A DNA stretch of 64,000 nucleotides. Origin: Eledone cirrhosa. Taxonomy: Eukaryota. The notes beneath the pieces were generated by a model. It was not told where the DNA came from and searched no databases. It saw nothing but the letters and a program-made list of their open reading frames with translations. Within the stretch, counting starts at the first letter, position 1. Each line of letters starts with the position of its first letter. Positions 13,411-28,110 of the stretch are shown piece after piece. Location of the stretch: the NCBI GenBank assembly GCA_964016885.1, contig OZ024743.1, forward strand, positions 12,958,001-13,022,000, read 5' to 3'. The translations under genes and the position numbers were made by a program.

Positions 13411-14478
13411 CTAGCAGTAAAGCCCGGCGTTGCTCGGGGTCGCTCAGTAGCTGTGTTAAAGTTACAATGTTAAGTTTCTTTATTGGCTTAAAAACTGTAG
13501 TGTCTAATGTGCAGACTTGCATGTGGTGTTTTTGATTAATATTCCCTCAACCAACAATATGCCTTATGAAGTGAAGAAAACATAACTATAACCCGAATGT
13601 TATAACAAAAGAGGATGCTGGGGATAAAAACTGCACTGGTTATTTATTAACAAAGATCGAAAATGTAAACACTGCAACGCAGAGAATAACATTAGCGTAA
13701 CCAAATTATCAGTTATGTCTGTCTGCACGCCTATATCACCTCTCTGCACGACTGTCTGTCTGCACGCCTATATCACCTCTCTGCACGACTGTCTGCACGC
13801 CTATATCACCTCTCTGCACGACTGTCTGTCTGCACGCCTATATCACCTCTCTGCACGACTGTCTGTCTGCACGCCTATATCACCTCTCTGCACGACTGTC
13901 TGCACGCCTATATCACCTCTCTGCACGACTGTCTGTCTGCACGCCTATATCACCTCTCTGCACGACTGTCTGTCTGCACGCCTATATCACCTCTCTGCAC
14001 GACTGTCTGTCTGCACGCGTATATCACCTCTCTGCACGACTGTCTGTCTGCACGCCTAACGACGAAATATTTGCTTGTTTTACGTAGTCTTTAAATAGAC
14101 TTGTTTTCAAGTAAAAATATTGTTTTAAAATGCTTTTAAATGGAAATGAAGCAAAACGGAAGCTTAGTGTTCAACTGTTCGTGTATTGTGTTAATGTCAT
14201 TTTAAACGCTGAGAAAGCCAGCGTAATTTTTTACGTAAGACGCTCAATGTAAACAGAACAAAGGGAAATAACTGATAACTTACGCTCAAAAATCGATACA
14301 TTATATTCGATTTCGTCACATAGGGTGGGTCAATTTGAAATTTATTTTTTCCGATGTCTTCGCTAGGGCTCAATGTACAAGTATAGCAATTTCGGTGCAA
14401 TTCCGTGAGAGATTCTAAGAGGAGATGTGTGCCAAAAATCGATAGACAGACAGACAACCACAGTTTTATATATATAGA
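13411..14478 (-). mobile_element. Non-autonomous Helitron
   Basis: Minus strand begins A|TCTATATAT...(CTGT)n and ends with hairpin cccgagcaacgccggg...CTAG|T; no TSD. Confidence 0.88.
13716..14058. repeat. 37/33-bp minisatellite (about 9.5 copies) inside the Helitron
   Basis: tgtctgtctgcacgcctatatcacctctctgcacgac in direct tandem, no spacers. Confidence 0.95.
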
Positions 14479-14736
14479 TTATAATATACGGCTCGGAAAA
14501 ATCTCTTTCTTAGAGCTATTTTATTGTAAAAGACTATTTTCAGTTCCTAACTCAATATAAACATTTGATATATTCGGCTCCGTTAATTTGTTGAACTATT
14601 TCAAATGTCGAATAAACCTGGCTGCTATTTTTAGTGGTGTAAGTTTGTGAGACACCCTAAGATACTATGTGCGTTATTATATATAGGACACTATTTAGTG
14701 TCTTAATATACTTAGAAGTGTCTAGGAAACTAATTC

Positions 14737-14814
14737 ATCACCCACCGATGAGCAAGAATTAGTAATTCTATTCACAATTAATATTGCGAAACAACACCAA
14801 GTTGTCTGAGTGAT
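14737..14814 (+). ncRNA. Type I hammerhead, core CCGAUGA (U4C, probably decayed)
   Basis: atcaccca/tgagtgat; stem II gcaa/ttgc; GAAA-CAAC accaa GTTG-TC. Confidence 0.75.
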
Positions 14815-14993
14815 TAGTAGTTACCACAATTCCGGTTTGTATTTATTTTCTTGATTTTTTTCTTAAATTGAGACAGGCAAACCCTATTGTCTATAGTTAG
14901 TATTCTTTTCACCTTAGCAAATCTGGTCCCTTACGATTTGAACACATATATCTATATATCTGTGTTCCTTTTTCTTTTATATTCAATTATAAT

Positions 14994-15346
<353 letters not shown>

Positions 15347-15384
15347 CCCCCTCTCTCTCTCTCTCTCTCTCTCCCCTCTCTCTC

Positions 15385-15473
<89 letters not shown>

Positions 15474-16146
15474 CTGACAACGCAGCCTTCATTCTTCTCC
15501 TTGAAGAATTGTTCGAGCAACGTGAAATAAAGTGTTTGCTCAAGGCCATACTGTATCGCCCGGTTTGGGAACCGAAACCACAACTTCACGAATCGAATTC
15601 TCTAACCACTCCTCTTACCGCCCCTTCACTTATCTATATTTATCTACACACACAGACACCCACCCACTCATATATATATATATATATACTTTGGGAGGGT
15701 CATGCTACCAATAAAAAACACACGCACCTTTCGGTTTTCACTTCAATTTATTATAAATTTCCAGTTGCTTGGTTTGATAAACGGATGGTTGTTTATATAT
15801 ATTGTCAGAACTCTTTAGTCACACATTCTGTGACCTCCTCAGTGACTAGGTATTATTTTGTGTCCCTCCTTTGTTATGTCCTACACCATCTTGATTTTGT
15901 GTGTTGCAAAACAAATTCCTAAACGAAATATATATATAATAAAGTGTATTATCTCACTATGCAACTATGTATGAATACTTCGAATAAGAATAATAAATAA
16001 ACGAGAAAAGAATGTAGGTGACATGTACTTTAGGTCCAAAATGTTAACAGAAAAATTGCGACCGATAATAAATAAAACCTGGTTCATGTGGATCCATATT
16101 TGCAAACGTTAATAAGTACGTACGAATCGAATGACGCACATACAGC

Positions 16147-16193
<47 letters not shown>

Positions 16194-16197
<4 letters not shown>

Positions 16198-16907
16198 AAC
16201 AATGAAACGAAATTTCATTTCTCACTCTTAGTACGGCTGATACTTAAATGTAAGTATGTATACGTACATACATATATGTATACAGTCATACAGTAGTATG
16301 TATATATATACATACATACATGCACATATATATATATATATGTACGTATGGCTTTACCGAACATTTATGATAATGTTCGGTTTGCTTGTAAACAAACAGC
16401 CCGAATTACGCCGTACAGTGTTCGGCAACCATCGTCGCCCTTTTTGTTCAACACTGACACAGGAACGATGTACATACATACATTTAAGTATCAGCCGTAC
16501 TAAGAGTGAGAAATGAAATTTCGTTTCATTCTTTTCCATTTATCATTTTCGGTACGCCCGGCCGACTAACTCACTCGATATGCAAATTAGGCTGCTCAGC
16601 TGTTAATATGCATAAGGAAAGTATGTACTTTCAAACGTTCTATCATCTGACAGGAAGGTATACAATGCTGATGATAGTTAATAAGCTTGAAACTAGTACA
16701 TTGTTCCTCTGTCAGTGTTGAACAAAAAGGGCGACGATGGTTGCCGAACACTGTACGGCGTAATTCGGGCTGTTTGTTTACAAACAAACCGAACATTATC
16801 ATAAATGTTCGGTAAAGCCATACGTACATATATATATATGCATGTATGTATATATATACATACTACTGTATTTCTGTATACATATATGTATGTACGTATA
16901 CATACTT

Positions 16908-16910
<3 letters not shown>
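16194..16910. mobile_element. Family E: about 430-nt unit (16474-16910) plus an inverted permuted copy (16194-16473)
   Basis: The left arm on the minus strand runs from the cleavage triplet across the unit end-to-start junction; flanked by (TA)n/(CA)n. Confidence 0.88.
16662..16704 (+). ncRNA. Minimal type I hammerhead ribozyme
   Basis: acaatg-CTGATGA-tagtt aata agctt-GAAA-CTAG-TA-cattgt. Confidence 0.92.
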
Positions 16911-16972
<62 letters not shown>

Positions 16973-17402
16973 GAGAAGAAAGAGGAATACTGCGTGGTTG
17001 CACATGGGTTACATATTATAAAATTAGTCCCTCGTCAGTGATTTGCCAACCATCATTGGTATTTCATCGCATTAAAAATCATATACCTCAGGTTGGTGCG
17101 AGCAATAACTAAAAAAAGCTATTGGGAGAATGAATCACGTAAAGCGAGTGAGACAAGTAAACAACATAGAAGGATAAAAGCAAATATATATATATATACA
17201 TTATTTGTATCTACCCTATATAAGTACAAAGAATTCTATAAAGATAGCTTATAGAATAGGGTGACGACACTTAAAAGAGGGGAAAAATCTTGCCATCTTC
17301 CATAGATATGGTGTTCAATTCGTCATAGCGACCAAATGCAACATTTTCTCCTGTCTTTGAATAAACATACATCCATACATTCACACACACACACACACGC
17401 GC

Positions 17403-17505
<103 letters not shown>

Positions 17506-17613
17506 TGGGATGTAACGTTCAGTTACTCATGGTTCACCAGTTTAAGCACACAATGTTAAGTTGGACCCGCCTTTGTGTCGTCACCAGCTTTGTTATCAAT
17601 AAGAAGCAGAGTT

Positions 17614-17681
<68 letters not shown>

Positions 17682-17730
17682 ACTTTGATACATTTTGGCT
17701 GGTTTTGGCCCAGGCCATGTCTAACTTAAT

Positions 17731-17938
17731 GATTTCTACTATAGACACAAGGTCAGCAATTTAGCGAGAAGAAGGGATTAAATCTACCTCAGTCGATTAC
17801 TGGTGCTTTATTTATCGACCTGTAAGGAGGAAAGGCAAGCTAGGCTCGGCGGGATTTGATTTCAGAACGTAAAGGGCTGTAACTCTATGCCATAAAGCAT
17901 GTTTCCGGTGCTGTACTGATACTGCTAATCCACCGCCC
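17731..17938 (-). mobile_element. tRNA-derived SINE, diverged
   Basis: Same layout as 41818-42007: tactggtgctttatttatcgacc...aaaggcaag...ctcggcgggatttga. Confidence 0.7.
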
Positions 17939-18271
17939 TAATAATAATCTATATTATAATAAGAGCGCTGTCTGTTCGTCCATCCGTCCCTCCGGCCGTC
18001 GTGCCTACTTTATAGAGAGAGAGGGAGAACCAAGTGAGAGATATGTACATAGATAAAGAGAGAAAATGGAACGCCGTATTTTCGAAGTAACAGAAAGAGG
18101 TAGATAGACAGAAAGTTACGACGCCACCCTTATCTATATAGGGAGGTGGGGAGCACCAAGCTAAAGAGATGTACATCAATAGAGAGAAAAAAGGAAAGTC
18201 ATTTGTTTAGAGAGAGAGAGGGGTTTGTATATACATACATTATATACATATATAAATACACCCACACACAC

Positions 18272-18362
<91 letters not shown>

Positions 18363-18791
18363 TATGCACACACAAGTATATATATATATATATTAGTATG
18401 CACACACACACAAGTATATATATATATATATATATACTTGTGTGTGTGTGTGCATACTAATATACATAAGAATGTATTTATGAATATGCATATTCATTAT
18501 CTTTAGTATATCCCTGAAAGTATTCTGTAATGAATGAAGCATTTTTCTTCAAATGATGAAACAGATAAACTACTCCATTATGACAAAATGCATCTTAAGA
18601 ATACCAGAAAACAGAAGCGAAACACGAGGAAGAATGGAATTAAAACGACAACAAAAGTAACAATAACAATAACAAAATAGCCATATGATAACAAATATAT
18701 AGAAACATTGAAAATATTTGAAAGATCCCTTAAATTTGACTAATATTATTCATGATGCAGAGTAAGAAGACTAACAACTCCCCTCTGTCTC

Positions 18792-18822
<31 letters not shown>

Positions 18823-19974
18823 GACGCACATACACGTACACACACACGTACATACATATATATACACACATACACTAAGCGAAAACAAAACAAACCAACC
18901 AGAACAATACCTACACCACAAAGAAAAGAAAATATAGCAGTTATCGTTTTACCTTTTGTCTTTTTTCTATGCTCCACCATTTCTATTTTTTTTTTAAATA
19001 CTCAGAATTGAATAAAAAAAAAACATAACCACAACTACAAGAACAAGAACAACAACATATCCGCAAAAATAACGTACGACAATGGAAATCAGAAAATGAT
19101 AAAAGAATTAAGAGAGTAGCGAAAATATACAGAAAACAAAACATATTCATCTACTCCTCTTTCCACTTCACAAAAATTATAGCAAATAACAAAAATGGCG
19201 ATGCTGTGAACGAGTCAAAACTAATCAATTTACCTTTCTTTGTAGATTACTGCGAATACTTTATTCATATATGCTTTTTGTTGGTGTTTTTATTTAATTC
19301 TTTCTTTTTTTATTTTTTTATCTATGATTGCAAAACTTTTCAAAGGTTTTTGTTTTGTCAGTAAAATTCGGTTAGTTATACAGAAGATAGTTAACGTGGA
19401 TCCCAATCCATTTTATCGCATAGCTATAATGAAAGAATTACTATTGATTATTTTTGCCTTGTTTCTTTTTTTTTTGTATTTGCAAAATGGTTGATACAGG
19501 GAAAAAAATTACTGAATAAATATAAAACTACTGTCGTATAGTTTCTTTACAAATAACGTTAGTTAATTAGTTAAAGGAAAGTTGAAGAGAAAAAAAGCAA
19601 AATAAAAAAGACAAAGAAAAACATAACTAAAAAATAGAAAATATAACACAAACAACAAAACACTGAATTCAGAATTAGAAAAAAACCCAAAAGAAAACAA
19701 AAACAAAAAGAAAATCATCAACAACCAATTCATAATGAAATCCCAGTTTTGTATCATATATTTTAAAATGCTTTGATGAGAAATAATGATAAAAGTTTAG
19801 AATTCTCAGACTCTAGATTTTGCAGTCTGCTTCCCTTTGAAAAATAAATTAATATTGCAGTTGGGTGTCATAAACAGATTTAGATGTCGTGCGATGTTAT
19901 TTATATAATGTGGTTAAAACAATACGACATCAGTATGCTAGTATGTGAGATACACATATACAAAGACCCCCTTC

Positions 19975-20080
<106 letters not shown>

Positions 20081-20092
20081 ATATAATATATA

Positions 20093-20135
<43 letters not shown>

Positions 20136-20198
20136 TATATAGTAAATATATATATATATATATAATATATATATACATATATATATGTATAGTAAATG

Positions 20199-20305
<107 letters not shown>

Positions 20306-20904
20306 TTGTGTGTGTGCAGTGAAAATATATTTGGAAAAACAAAAGTGGGCATTGTACTCAGACAGAACATATATAGAATAGAAATGATCGTCATTTTATA
20401 GAATGATCATGTTCTTTCATTAATAATCTTCACTATTTCAAGTCATAATGGAGCAAACATATGTGTTTGAAGTCGGTTAAAATAACTAACAGGACTAAAG
20501 TTAATAACACAATATAACAACGGCAACGGACATGCGCACTAAAAAAACAAAAAAAAACACAAAAAAAAAACAATAGAGAACAAGAGTTGATGGATTTTCC
20601 ACCATTAATAATGGTGAAGCTGACAATTAACTTTTTAAGCGAACGCCGTATTGGAGGAAATGAATATGTCTGCCAGAATTGCCAACACCACAGGTACAAA
20701 AATACATGGGCTAAAATAAATGAGAGGCAATCAGTGACAAAAATTCAACCCGTTTTTATTATTTTCCTATTTTTTTCGTTTCCGTTTACTAAGGGAAGCG
20801 ATTCTTATTTAAATGCGTATTATTGTGACGTAGTGTATATATATATATTTGTGAATATTCGAGTAATTTGGTAGTGAGTTGTAGCTTATAGAATATATAT
20901 ATAT

Positions 20905-21672
20905 ATACAAGTTAATATATATTAATATATGATAAACACATACGTGTTTGTATTGCAAAAGACGAAGTTAGCTAGAATGAAATAAATACAGTTTGTCTGT
21001 CTCGATATAAGTCAATAAAGACAAGCTTATATTGGCAAAAGCCGCGATTCCTGGACAAATTTAAATTTCAAAATCCAAACCTGCTCCGTAGATGAATTTG
21101 AACTTCGAAATCTAAATATGTTTCGCAACGATGGTATAAAGAGTGAAATATAAAAAGTGAAATATTCAAATCTTCTGTGCTTATCAACAGGAATCCAGTA
21201 AAATTAGTACATTTCACCTCCAAAAATGTTGTAGGACTGATTCACAAGTACAAACGCACGAGGTACAATCAGCTATACTAGCCATCCCATACTCACAGTG
21301 CTAGAAATAACAGCCGTTTATATGGGATTAAAAATTAGCTCTACAATTAAGGAGCCTTAATATTATATTATATTTAGAGTTTAAACTCAAAGTCATTTAC
21401 AATTAATTAGCTCAAAGAAAGAAGCATTTCTGAGCAGTGAAATACAAGTTAATATATATTAATATATGATAAACACATACGTGTTTGTATTGCAAAAGAC
21501 GAAGTTAGCTAGAATGAAATATTTCATTCTAGCTAACTTCGTCTTTTGCAATACAAACACGTATGTGTTTATCATATATTAATATATATTAACTTGTATT
21601 TCACTGCTCAGAAATGCTTCTTTCTTTGAGCTAATTAATTGTAAATGACTTTGAGTTTAAACTCTAAATATA

Positions 21673-21680
<8 letters not shown>
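20905..21680 (-). mobile_element. Retrozyme-like unit G: 537-nt period, about 79-bp redundancy, ending in a perfect 320-bp palindrome (21361-21680)
   Basis: atacaagttaatatatattaatatatgataaacacatacg... at 20905 and 21442; spacerless palindrome centred at 21520/21521. Confidence 0.88.
21084..21193 (-). ncRNA. Putative U3-A8 hammerhead with long stem III
   Basis: Minus strand: ttcctg-TTGATAA-gca...tgc-GAAA-(imperfect hairpin)-TA-cggag. Confidence 0.5.
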
Positions 21681-21751
<71 letters not shown>

Positions 21752-21791
21752 GATATTAACAAATGGAAACTATATTTATAAAACCATATTT

Positions 21792-21854
21792 ATTTCATTA
21801 TACATATTTCAAGGACACCAAGTTAAATTATAGTGTGCTTTCATCAGATAAAAT
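21792..21854 (-). ncRNA. Type I hammerhead in the Naiad 3' pLTR
   Basis: Minus strand: attttat-CTGATGA-aagcac...gtgtcctt-GAAA-tatgta-TA-atgaaat. Confidence 0.85.
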
Positions 21855-23277
21855 ATAATATAGATCAGTTTTATAAATAAATATTGACATACCCTTAAAG
21901 AATGCAACAATTACTGTTGGAAGCTCCCGGATAGTGGAGTTGTAGCTTAATTATATTATTATTGGATATTTTTAAAATAACCCGTTGGGTTACGGAAAAA
22001 GAGAAAGATAGAGAAGGAAAGAGAGAGAACGAACAGAACAACAGAGAGAAAAATAAAGAGAGAGAGGAGACAGAGAAAATGAGAGAGAACGAAAACTCTA
22101 AAGTCATATCTTGTTGAGTTAACTTAACAATTGAGATGAAATGAGTAAATAATCATGAATGGATTATACATATATAAAATGAGAAATTTAACCATTGTTT
22201 AAATATGATTAGATGTTTAGTTAATCAGTTAAATATTGAGATCAATATATAAAAAAATTGGGATCTATATATTAAGAAATCCATATATTATTAAAGATCT
22301 AAATATTATATAACACGTATACACACGCAAAAATACATAAATATAAATATATATACACACTTATAAAATACATATATATATCTAACTACGTATATAATAT
22401 ATACATACAAAACATAAAGGATTCTTTGATTTAATTTAAGATATAGGAATCTTATAAACTGTTATAATTGTTAAGATATTAAACAAATTTTTTTAATATA
22501 AGTTTTATAACATTACCTGTTATGTATTTATGGCTGTTATTATATGTCTATCTGTCACGAATCTTGGGATAATCACTATACATAAGTGTAATCGAATTGT
22601 ATGGATATACACGCACATGTACATACACAATTCCCACATATACATACATACATGTACCCTCACAAATAGGTAGATACGCATCACGTATATATATACATAC
22701 AGATAGACATATACGCATAAAACATATGTACATGTATGTCAATACACACATATACATATATACACACATATAGAGAGAAGTATATATAAATACAGTACAT
22801 AGTATAATTGAGTACCTAAAATACAAAAGAATTATATTACGATTTGGAAATATAATTATAAGCAATATAACTTTAAAAACAATATAATTTTAAAATATTA
22901 TAGAATATTTTAAGTCATAATTTCAAAATAATAGTATGTTTAATAGATTTAGTATAGAAATTGTCTACTTATATTTAACTTAATATTATATCCATAAGAG
23001 AAACAAACTGAAACTTTGAAAGGATAAACTTTCGAAAATAGGAGAAGCTATCAGACAATAAAAATAAAAGTAAAAATATAAGAAATATTTTCCCCTTTCA
23101 AGAGCTCTCAGTATATTTCTCTAGAATAGTTTATTAAATTGTTTTCATTATATTTATTTATATTTAGGAAGAAAAGTTATTTTTATTTGAGTGTATAATC
23201 AGTAAAAAAAGGTGAAGGAATCTAATGATTTATCGACAGGTTCAATATATTAATAAAATTAATAAATTAATTATATA

Positions 23278-25581
23278 TTACATTTTCAATTTATATTTAT
23301 ATTTAAACGTTGAGTTTAATCTATGTCTACAGAAACTGAATAAATTATTTCTTAACTTCAGGGAATTTTTGGTCTTTAATATAAAGAATATTTCCTCTAT
23401 ACAAAGATCACAATTTTCTGAAGAGGAGTTAAAAGGAATAGCTTTTGAAATAATATTCCAAATCAACGAATATTCAACGTTCTTTAGTTTGAGATCCCAT
23501 AATAGGCTAGCTAGAGAAGTTGAAGATTTTTTGTTTGGATCTGTAAAAGAATTTTTATGATTATTGAAGCGGGATTTAAACTCTGTGGAAGTGGATCCTA
23601 CATAATTAAATGAATTTAAATTAGTTTTTACATTACAATTATATATTATATTTTTAGCTAAGCAATTGTTATTTAACGGACAGTTAGATTTATTTCTACA
23701 GTTACATTTATCAAATTGGATATTGCTTGGGTTACTAGTGGTATTTTGGTTAGGTTTTAAATTTCTATTATTAATTCTATTAATATTTTGCGCTAAATTT
23801 TTGGTGGAAGAATAAGTTAATTTTATAGTATGTCTATTAAAAATTGAGTAATATTTATGTGTTCTAGGGAAGCATTTGTCAAGAGCTTTAAAAAATAGTT
23901 TAGCAATAGGGGTTTTAATATTTAATGAGAAAGGAGGAGCGAACCATAATATGTTCCTAGTTCTATTTCTTTTACCGCTTTAGGAATTAATGTAAGGTTT
24001 TCTATTATAGTTGTTAAAATTGTTACCATAGTTAAAATTGTTACGATTATGGTTGGTTGTTATATTATTATTATTATCGATGTATTTAATTTTATTTCTA
24101 TACCCAGCTCTACCTAACGCTTCGTTGTAATAATGTGCTTTTTCATCAAATATAATCTTATTAGCTGAAATTCTCGAAATTCGTTCCTGTACAGAGTTCA
24201 CTATAGTATTTTTAACGGATCTGGGGTGATTAGAGTTAAAATTGACGTAGTTTAAGTTCTCATTTAGTTTGTGAAATGGATAATGAAGACATGTGTTAAG
24301 ATTTAGTGTTACATCTAGAAAGTTAACTATTTTATGGTTATTCTCTATTTCTACTTTTAGATTAAGGTAATTAAAAAATTGTATAATTTGTTTTCTTTTT
24401 CTATTTAGTTCACAGTTATTATTTTCTATAAGTAAAAGCATGTCGTCACGATATAAACCTCCGGTTATCTCAGGTATTTTTCTATGTAGAGAATTATTTA
24501 TAAAGAGGCCCACAAGATCCGTTACCTGAGTGGAATCGGATGATCCCATAGTTATATCGAAATTATTATTTCTATCTACCCTAGTCCAGAGTTGGTTATT
24601 AAATTCTATTAATGTTTTCCGTGCCGATAATATAATGTGCATTTCATTACTAGTTAGGTTTGTATGTTTAAATGCATAAGTTAGTGCTTTATTCAGTAGA
24701 TTAGGAGTGATAGATGAGTAATAGTTAGCAATATCCAACTGAATAAACTTATTATTATAGTTATATTTAATTTCTTTAAACCAATCGATAACTTCACTAG
24801 TTCCTTTCCATAATTTTAAATAAGATAAATTCTTAATTTGTGGTATTATTCTGTCTAGAATATTTTTGCTAAGTCTGCCAAGGTCCAATTTAGATGGTGC
24901 AATTAATCTGACTGGTAAATCAGTTTCGAAGTTCCTTTTATGATCCTTCATATTGATCTTAGGTTTCCTTGGCATGAACGGTTGTGTCCTATTTTCAATG
25001 GCTAGTTCATGCATTATATAAGAGGCATCTGCATTCAATTTTTCAAGGTCGTCTTTATTTGCTACTTTGTATTTCTTCCTTAGTTCCTTTAATATAAGAT
25101 CGTTATAAATGTCCTTTTGTATTCCGTAAAGATCATTGGTTTTGTCAGATTTGACTAGAATTTTCTCCGTTCTCTCCAAGTTTTCAATATTATTTTTAAT
25201 ATTTCTTAAGTAATCCTGGCCTTTGAAGTTGTTTTTGAATTTGATGCTTTGGATAATAAATATGATATCATTTTCAAAATCCATTAGTAGTTTGTTGGGT
25301 GGTGGTGGTGGTGGTGGGGTGGGGTGGTGGTGGGGTGGGGTGGGGTGGGGTGGAGAGAGATTTTTTTTAGATTTGAAGATTTCATCCAGATTGGAGACAT
25401 TTTCATTTAGATTAGATTTATCGAAGTGGAAAGCGTGCCACCTTATTCTTCTTATAAAAGAGTCTGATTTTTCTATTAATTGTTTAATAAAATCTTTATT
25501 CCTAGGTAAAGGTATGTCCTTTAGAGAAGAAGAGATCTTAAAGAATTCCATTTTCCAGTTATAATATAAAGCGCTCGACAA
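23278..25581 (-). CDS. Penelope-like (Naiad) RT-GIY-YIG protein, about 760 codons, one in-frame TAA at 23980-23982
   Basis: SLKDIPLP, KSDKT, FIQLDIANYY, MGSSDS, GLYRDD, NFLDVTL, SNHP; the same frame continues ILWFAPPFS, CNCRNKSNCPLNNNCL, IIYNC...YVGST, RFNNH, CDLCIEE, CRHR. Confidence 0.93.
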
Positions 25582-25844
25582 TACAGGATCAGAATATATG
25601 TAAAAGTTCTATTTAAATTGTTGGGATACAACAAGCAAATATTTTTATAACTGATATAAAGCACTCAACAAATGAAAGCACACCCTAATTTAACTTGGTG
25701 TCCTTGAATATAATTAAATAAATATGGTTTTATAAATATAGTTTCCATTTGTTAATATCGTATTTTTACTCCAAATATTTGTTGAGTGCTTTATATTAGT
25801 TATAAAAATATTTGCTTAATGTATCCCAACAATTTAAATAGAAC

Positions 25845-25950
<106 letters not shown>

Positions 25951-26258
25951 CGGGTCCGGGTAAGTTTTTTTACATTTATTTAATTTATTGATTTATTGAT
26001 ATTTTATTTGAGTGACCCGAATCTTCCTGGTCGTTCTTTTTCGGCTGCACGGGTGATTTTAGGCATAATCTCTATGTGTTGGTAATTTAACGATAGTTAT
26101 AGCTCTGATTTATCCAAATTATTGAGCCCTCTGCCACTCATATCGGATATTGTTTATCGTTAATTCGTGAGCTGATTTTCCGATACTCGATTATTCTATT
26201 ATATATATATATATATATGAAAATATCAGTTGTTTAGTATAGAAATAACATGAAATTT

Positions 26259-26299
26259 TCTTTACGTGTTTAAGAGATTATTGACTCCTCATCAGAAAA
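26259..26299 (-). ncRNA. Decayed minimal hammerhead
   Basis: Minus strand: tttt-CTGATGA-ggag...ctct-TAAA(for GAAA)-cacg-TA-aaga. Confidence 0.4.
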
Positions 26300-27442
26300 T
26301 AATTACCCCTATTATTTTCCGTACAAGAGAGACCTTGATAAAATCGCTATTCATGCCAAGCAAGGTAGAAAACACACCTGTGTTCTGTATAAACATTTAT
26401 TCTCAACTCAATTACGTTGTCAATTGAATGCACGCCATGTAAATTAGACACTATTTTAGTAATGTTCAACCTAATGCAATTATCAGTAGCTATACTCCAA
26501 CGAAGTTGAAAACATTACGTTCCTTGAAAATATTGATTTTATTGTAAATTTTACTCCGGCAAATTAAAAGCTTATTATATTTCGCGATATTAAGGTGCTA
26601 GTTGGGAACGACTACAAGGGTTCAGAAGGTGCAATAGTTGTAGAAATGCTTGTGAAGATGAATAAAAACATAGGATACGTTTATTATCCATGTATGTTAA
26701 GAAGCACTAAACCATCACTAACAGCTTCCTTTACATGACCAACAAATACAAAACATTCAGGCATTTTATGTGGAAGTAGCCCTAACTCATAGATTATGCC
26801 ATATTTGAAGCTGCTGTTTTCTAAGGCGTTGTTATGATATAAAGCTACAGCACCATCTGCTGCATACCTCTATACTCATTAAATGTAAAAATCTAACATT
26901 TTAAAAACCTTTCTAGCAGTTGTATATAAATACTTTCTAACCAACTATAAATTTAGTAAAGATGTAGTAGAAATTGTTTGAAAGTAAGTTATTGTAGAAA
27001 CCTAAATATGAAAACATTATTACTAATAAACCATTAAAACCTTCACATGTAAGGCATTTGTGTATGAAGTCTCTACGAATTCAAACGATGAACTGATAGA
27101 AATATTACATGGGAATGATAGAGTGCAAATTGAAGCCCCTAACTACACTAGAGGAAAGCAATAAGCTTGTCATATTACATATAGTGACGAAAGGAGAATA
27201 ACATATAGGAATACGAAGCCTGTTTGTTTGCCTATAAAGTACCTACCATATTATTGTGGTAGGTACTTTATAGGCAAACAGACCTTCAAGATCGTCCACA
27301 GTTACACAATGTGTCTACTTTCACAGAAATCACCACATTATCCCAAGATAATTGCCTCATACATTTTATGAGACCACACGCCCCTATACCTTTTTAAAAA
27401 TAAATTATTTCCCCTTGCTTTATAAATTCTAAATAATCTGTA

Positions 27443-27806
27443 ACATTTCACCAAATAACGGCGAAATTAGATATTTTGAAACGGATCATCAGTGAGGGAA
27501 TTTCAAAATCATCTAATCTCATTCAATACAGGGTATCAACACATGGATTTTAGCACCCGCAACGACACGAATGGCTCTCTTCTACTAGAAATAGCAGTCC
27601 AACCTCTCGACATACATAGCTCACCAAATAAGAAGCAGACATATTCATGTGTTGTTGATACCATGTGCGTTTAACCACTTTCAACCCTGTATTGAGTGAG
27701 ATTAGATGATTTTGAAATTCCCTCACTGATGATCCGTTTCAAAATATCTAATTTCGCCATTATTTGGGGAAATGTATTCTGATTTTGTGGAGAGTACATA
27801 TGAGGG
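27443..27806. repeat. Inverted repeat (27443-27534/27684-27775) overlapping a decayed hammerhead at 27720-27806
   Basis: Arms nearly perfect; ccctca-CTGATGA-tcc...gga-(gagtaca)-TA-tgaggg, with GAAA lost. Confidence 0.7.
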
Positions 27807-28071
27807 AAATATATTGATCGTTATCAAGTATTTTGTTTTAAATTTTTTTTATTAAATTTAATAAGATACTCAACGAATTATTTAATTTTACTTTCAGTGC
27901 AGATTTTCTCTAGTCTTAAGCTTTGATATATCTTAATGCACACTTATATCTGCTTTCAAGAAACCACTGGTAAATGAAATAATTATCTTATGTTGTTTAT
28001 TACATAACTAATAAGCTCTGTAGCCTACATAGAGCACTCTTTTTTCCTGTACCTTTCCGACGGAATTACTT

Positions 28072-28110
<39 letters not shown>

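Larger units (their letters stand above)
13374..14992 (+). mobile_element. Retrozyme-like unit H (508-nt period) split by the Helitron; a related permuted and fold-back copy lies at 44966-45185
   Basis: tatctgtgttc..ttttcttttatattcaa at 13381 and 14957; the end-to-start junction is contiguous on the minus strand near 45060. Confidence 0.8.

Noticed and set aside
13716-14058. Regular 37-bp repeat resembling a CRISPR array
   Set aside because: No unique spacers, no cas genes, eukaryotic context; it is a plain minisatellite
15816-15848. Minus-strand tagtca-CTGAGGA...tgacta
   Set aside because: Stem I and core are present but GAAA, stem III and the cleavage site are not
17000-17042. Minus-strand CTGACGA followed by a ggg/ccc stem
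   Set aside because: No GAAA and no closing stem I
23980-23982. Programmed readthrough between RT and endonuclease
   Set aside because: A single TAA with no recognisable readthrough context; the homologous linker in the other Naiad is open
26310-27230. Faint PIF1/Helitron helicase-like words on the minus strand (GGFN, FYQ, QGLS)
   Set aside because: Too degenerate to support without a translated HMM search
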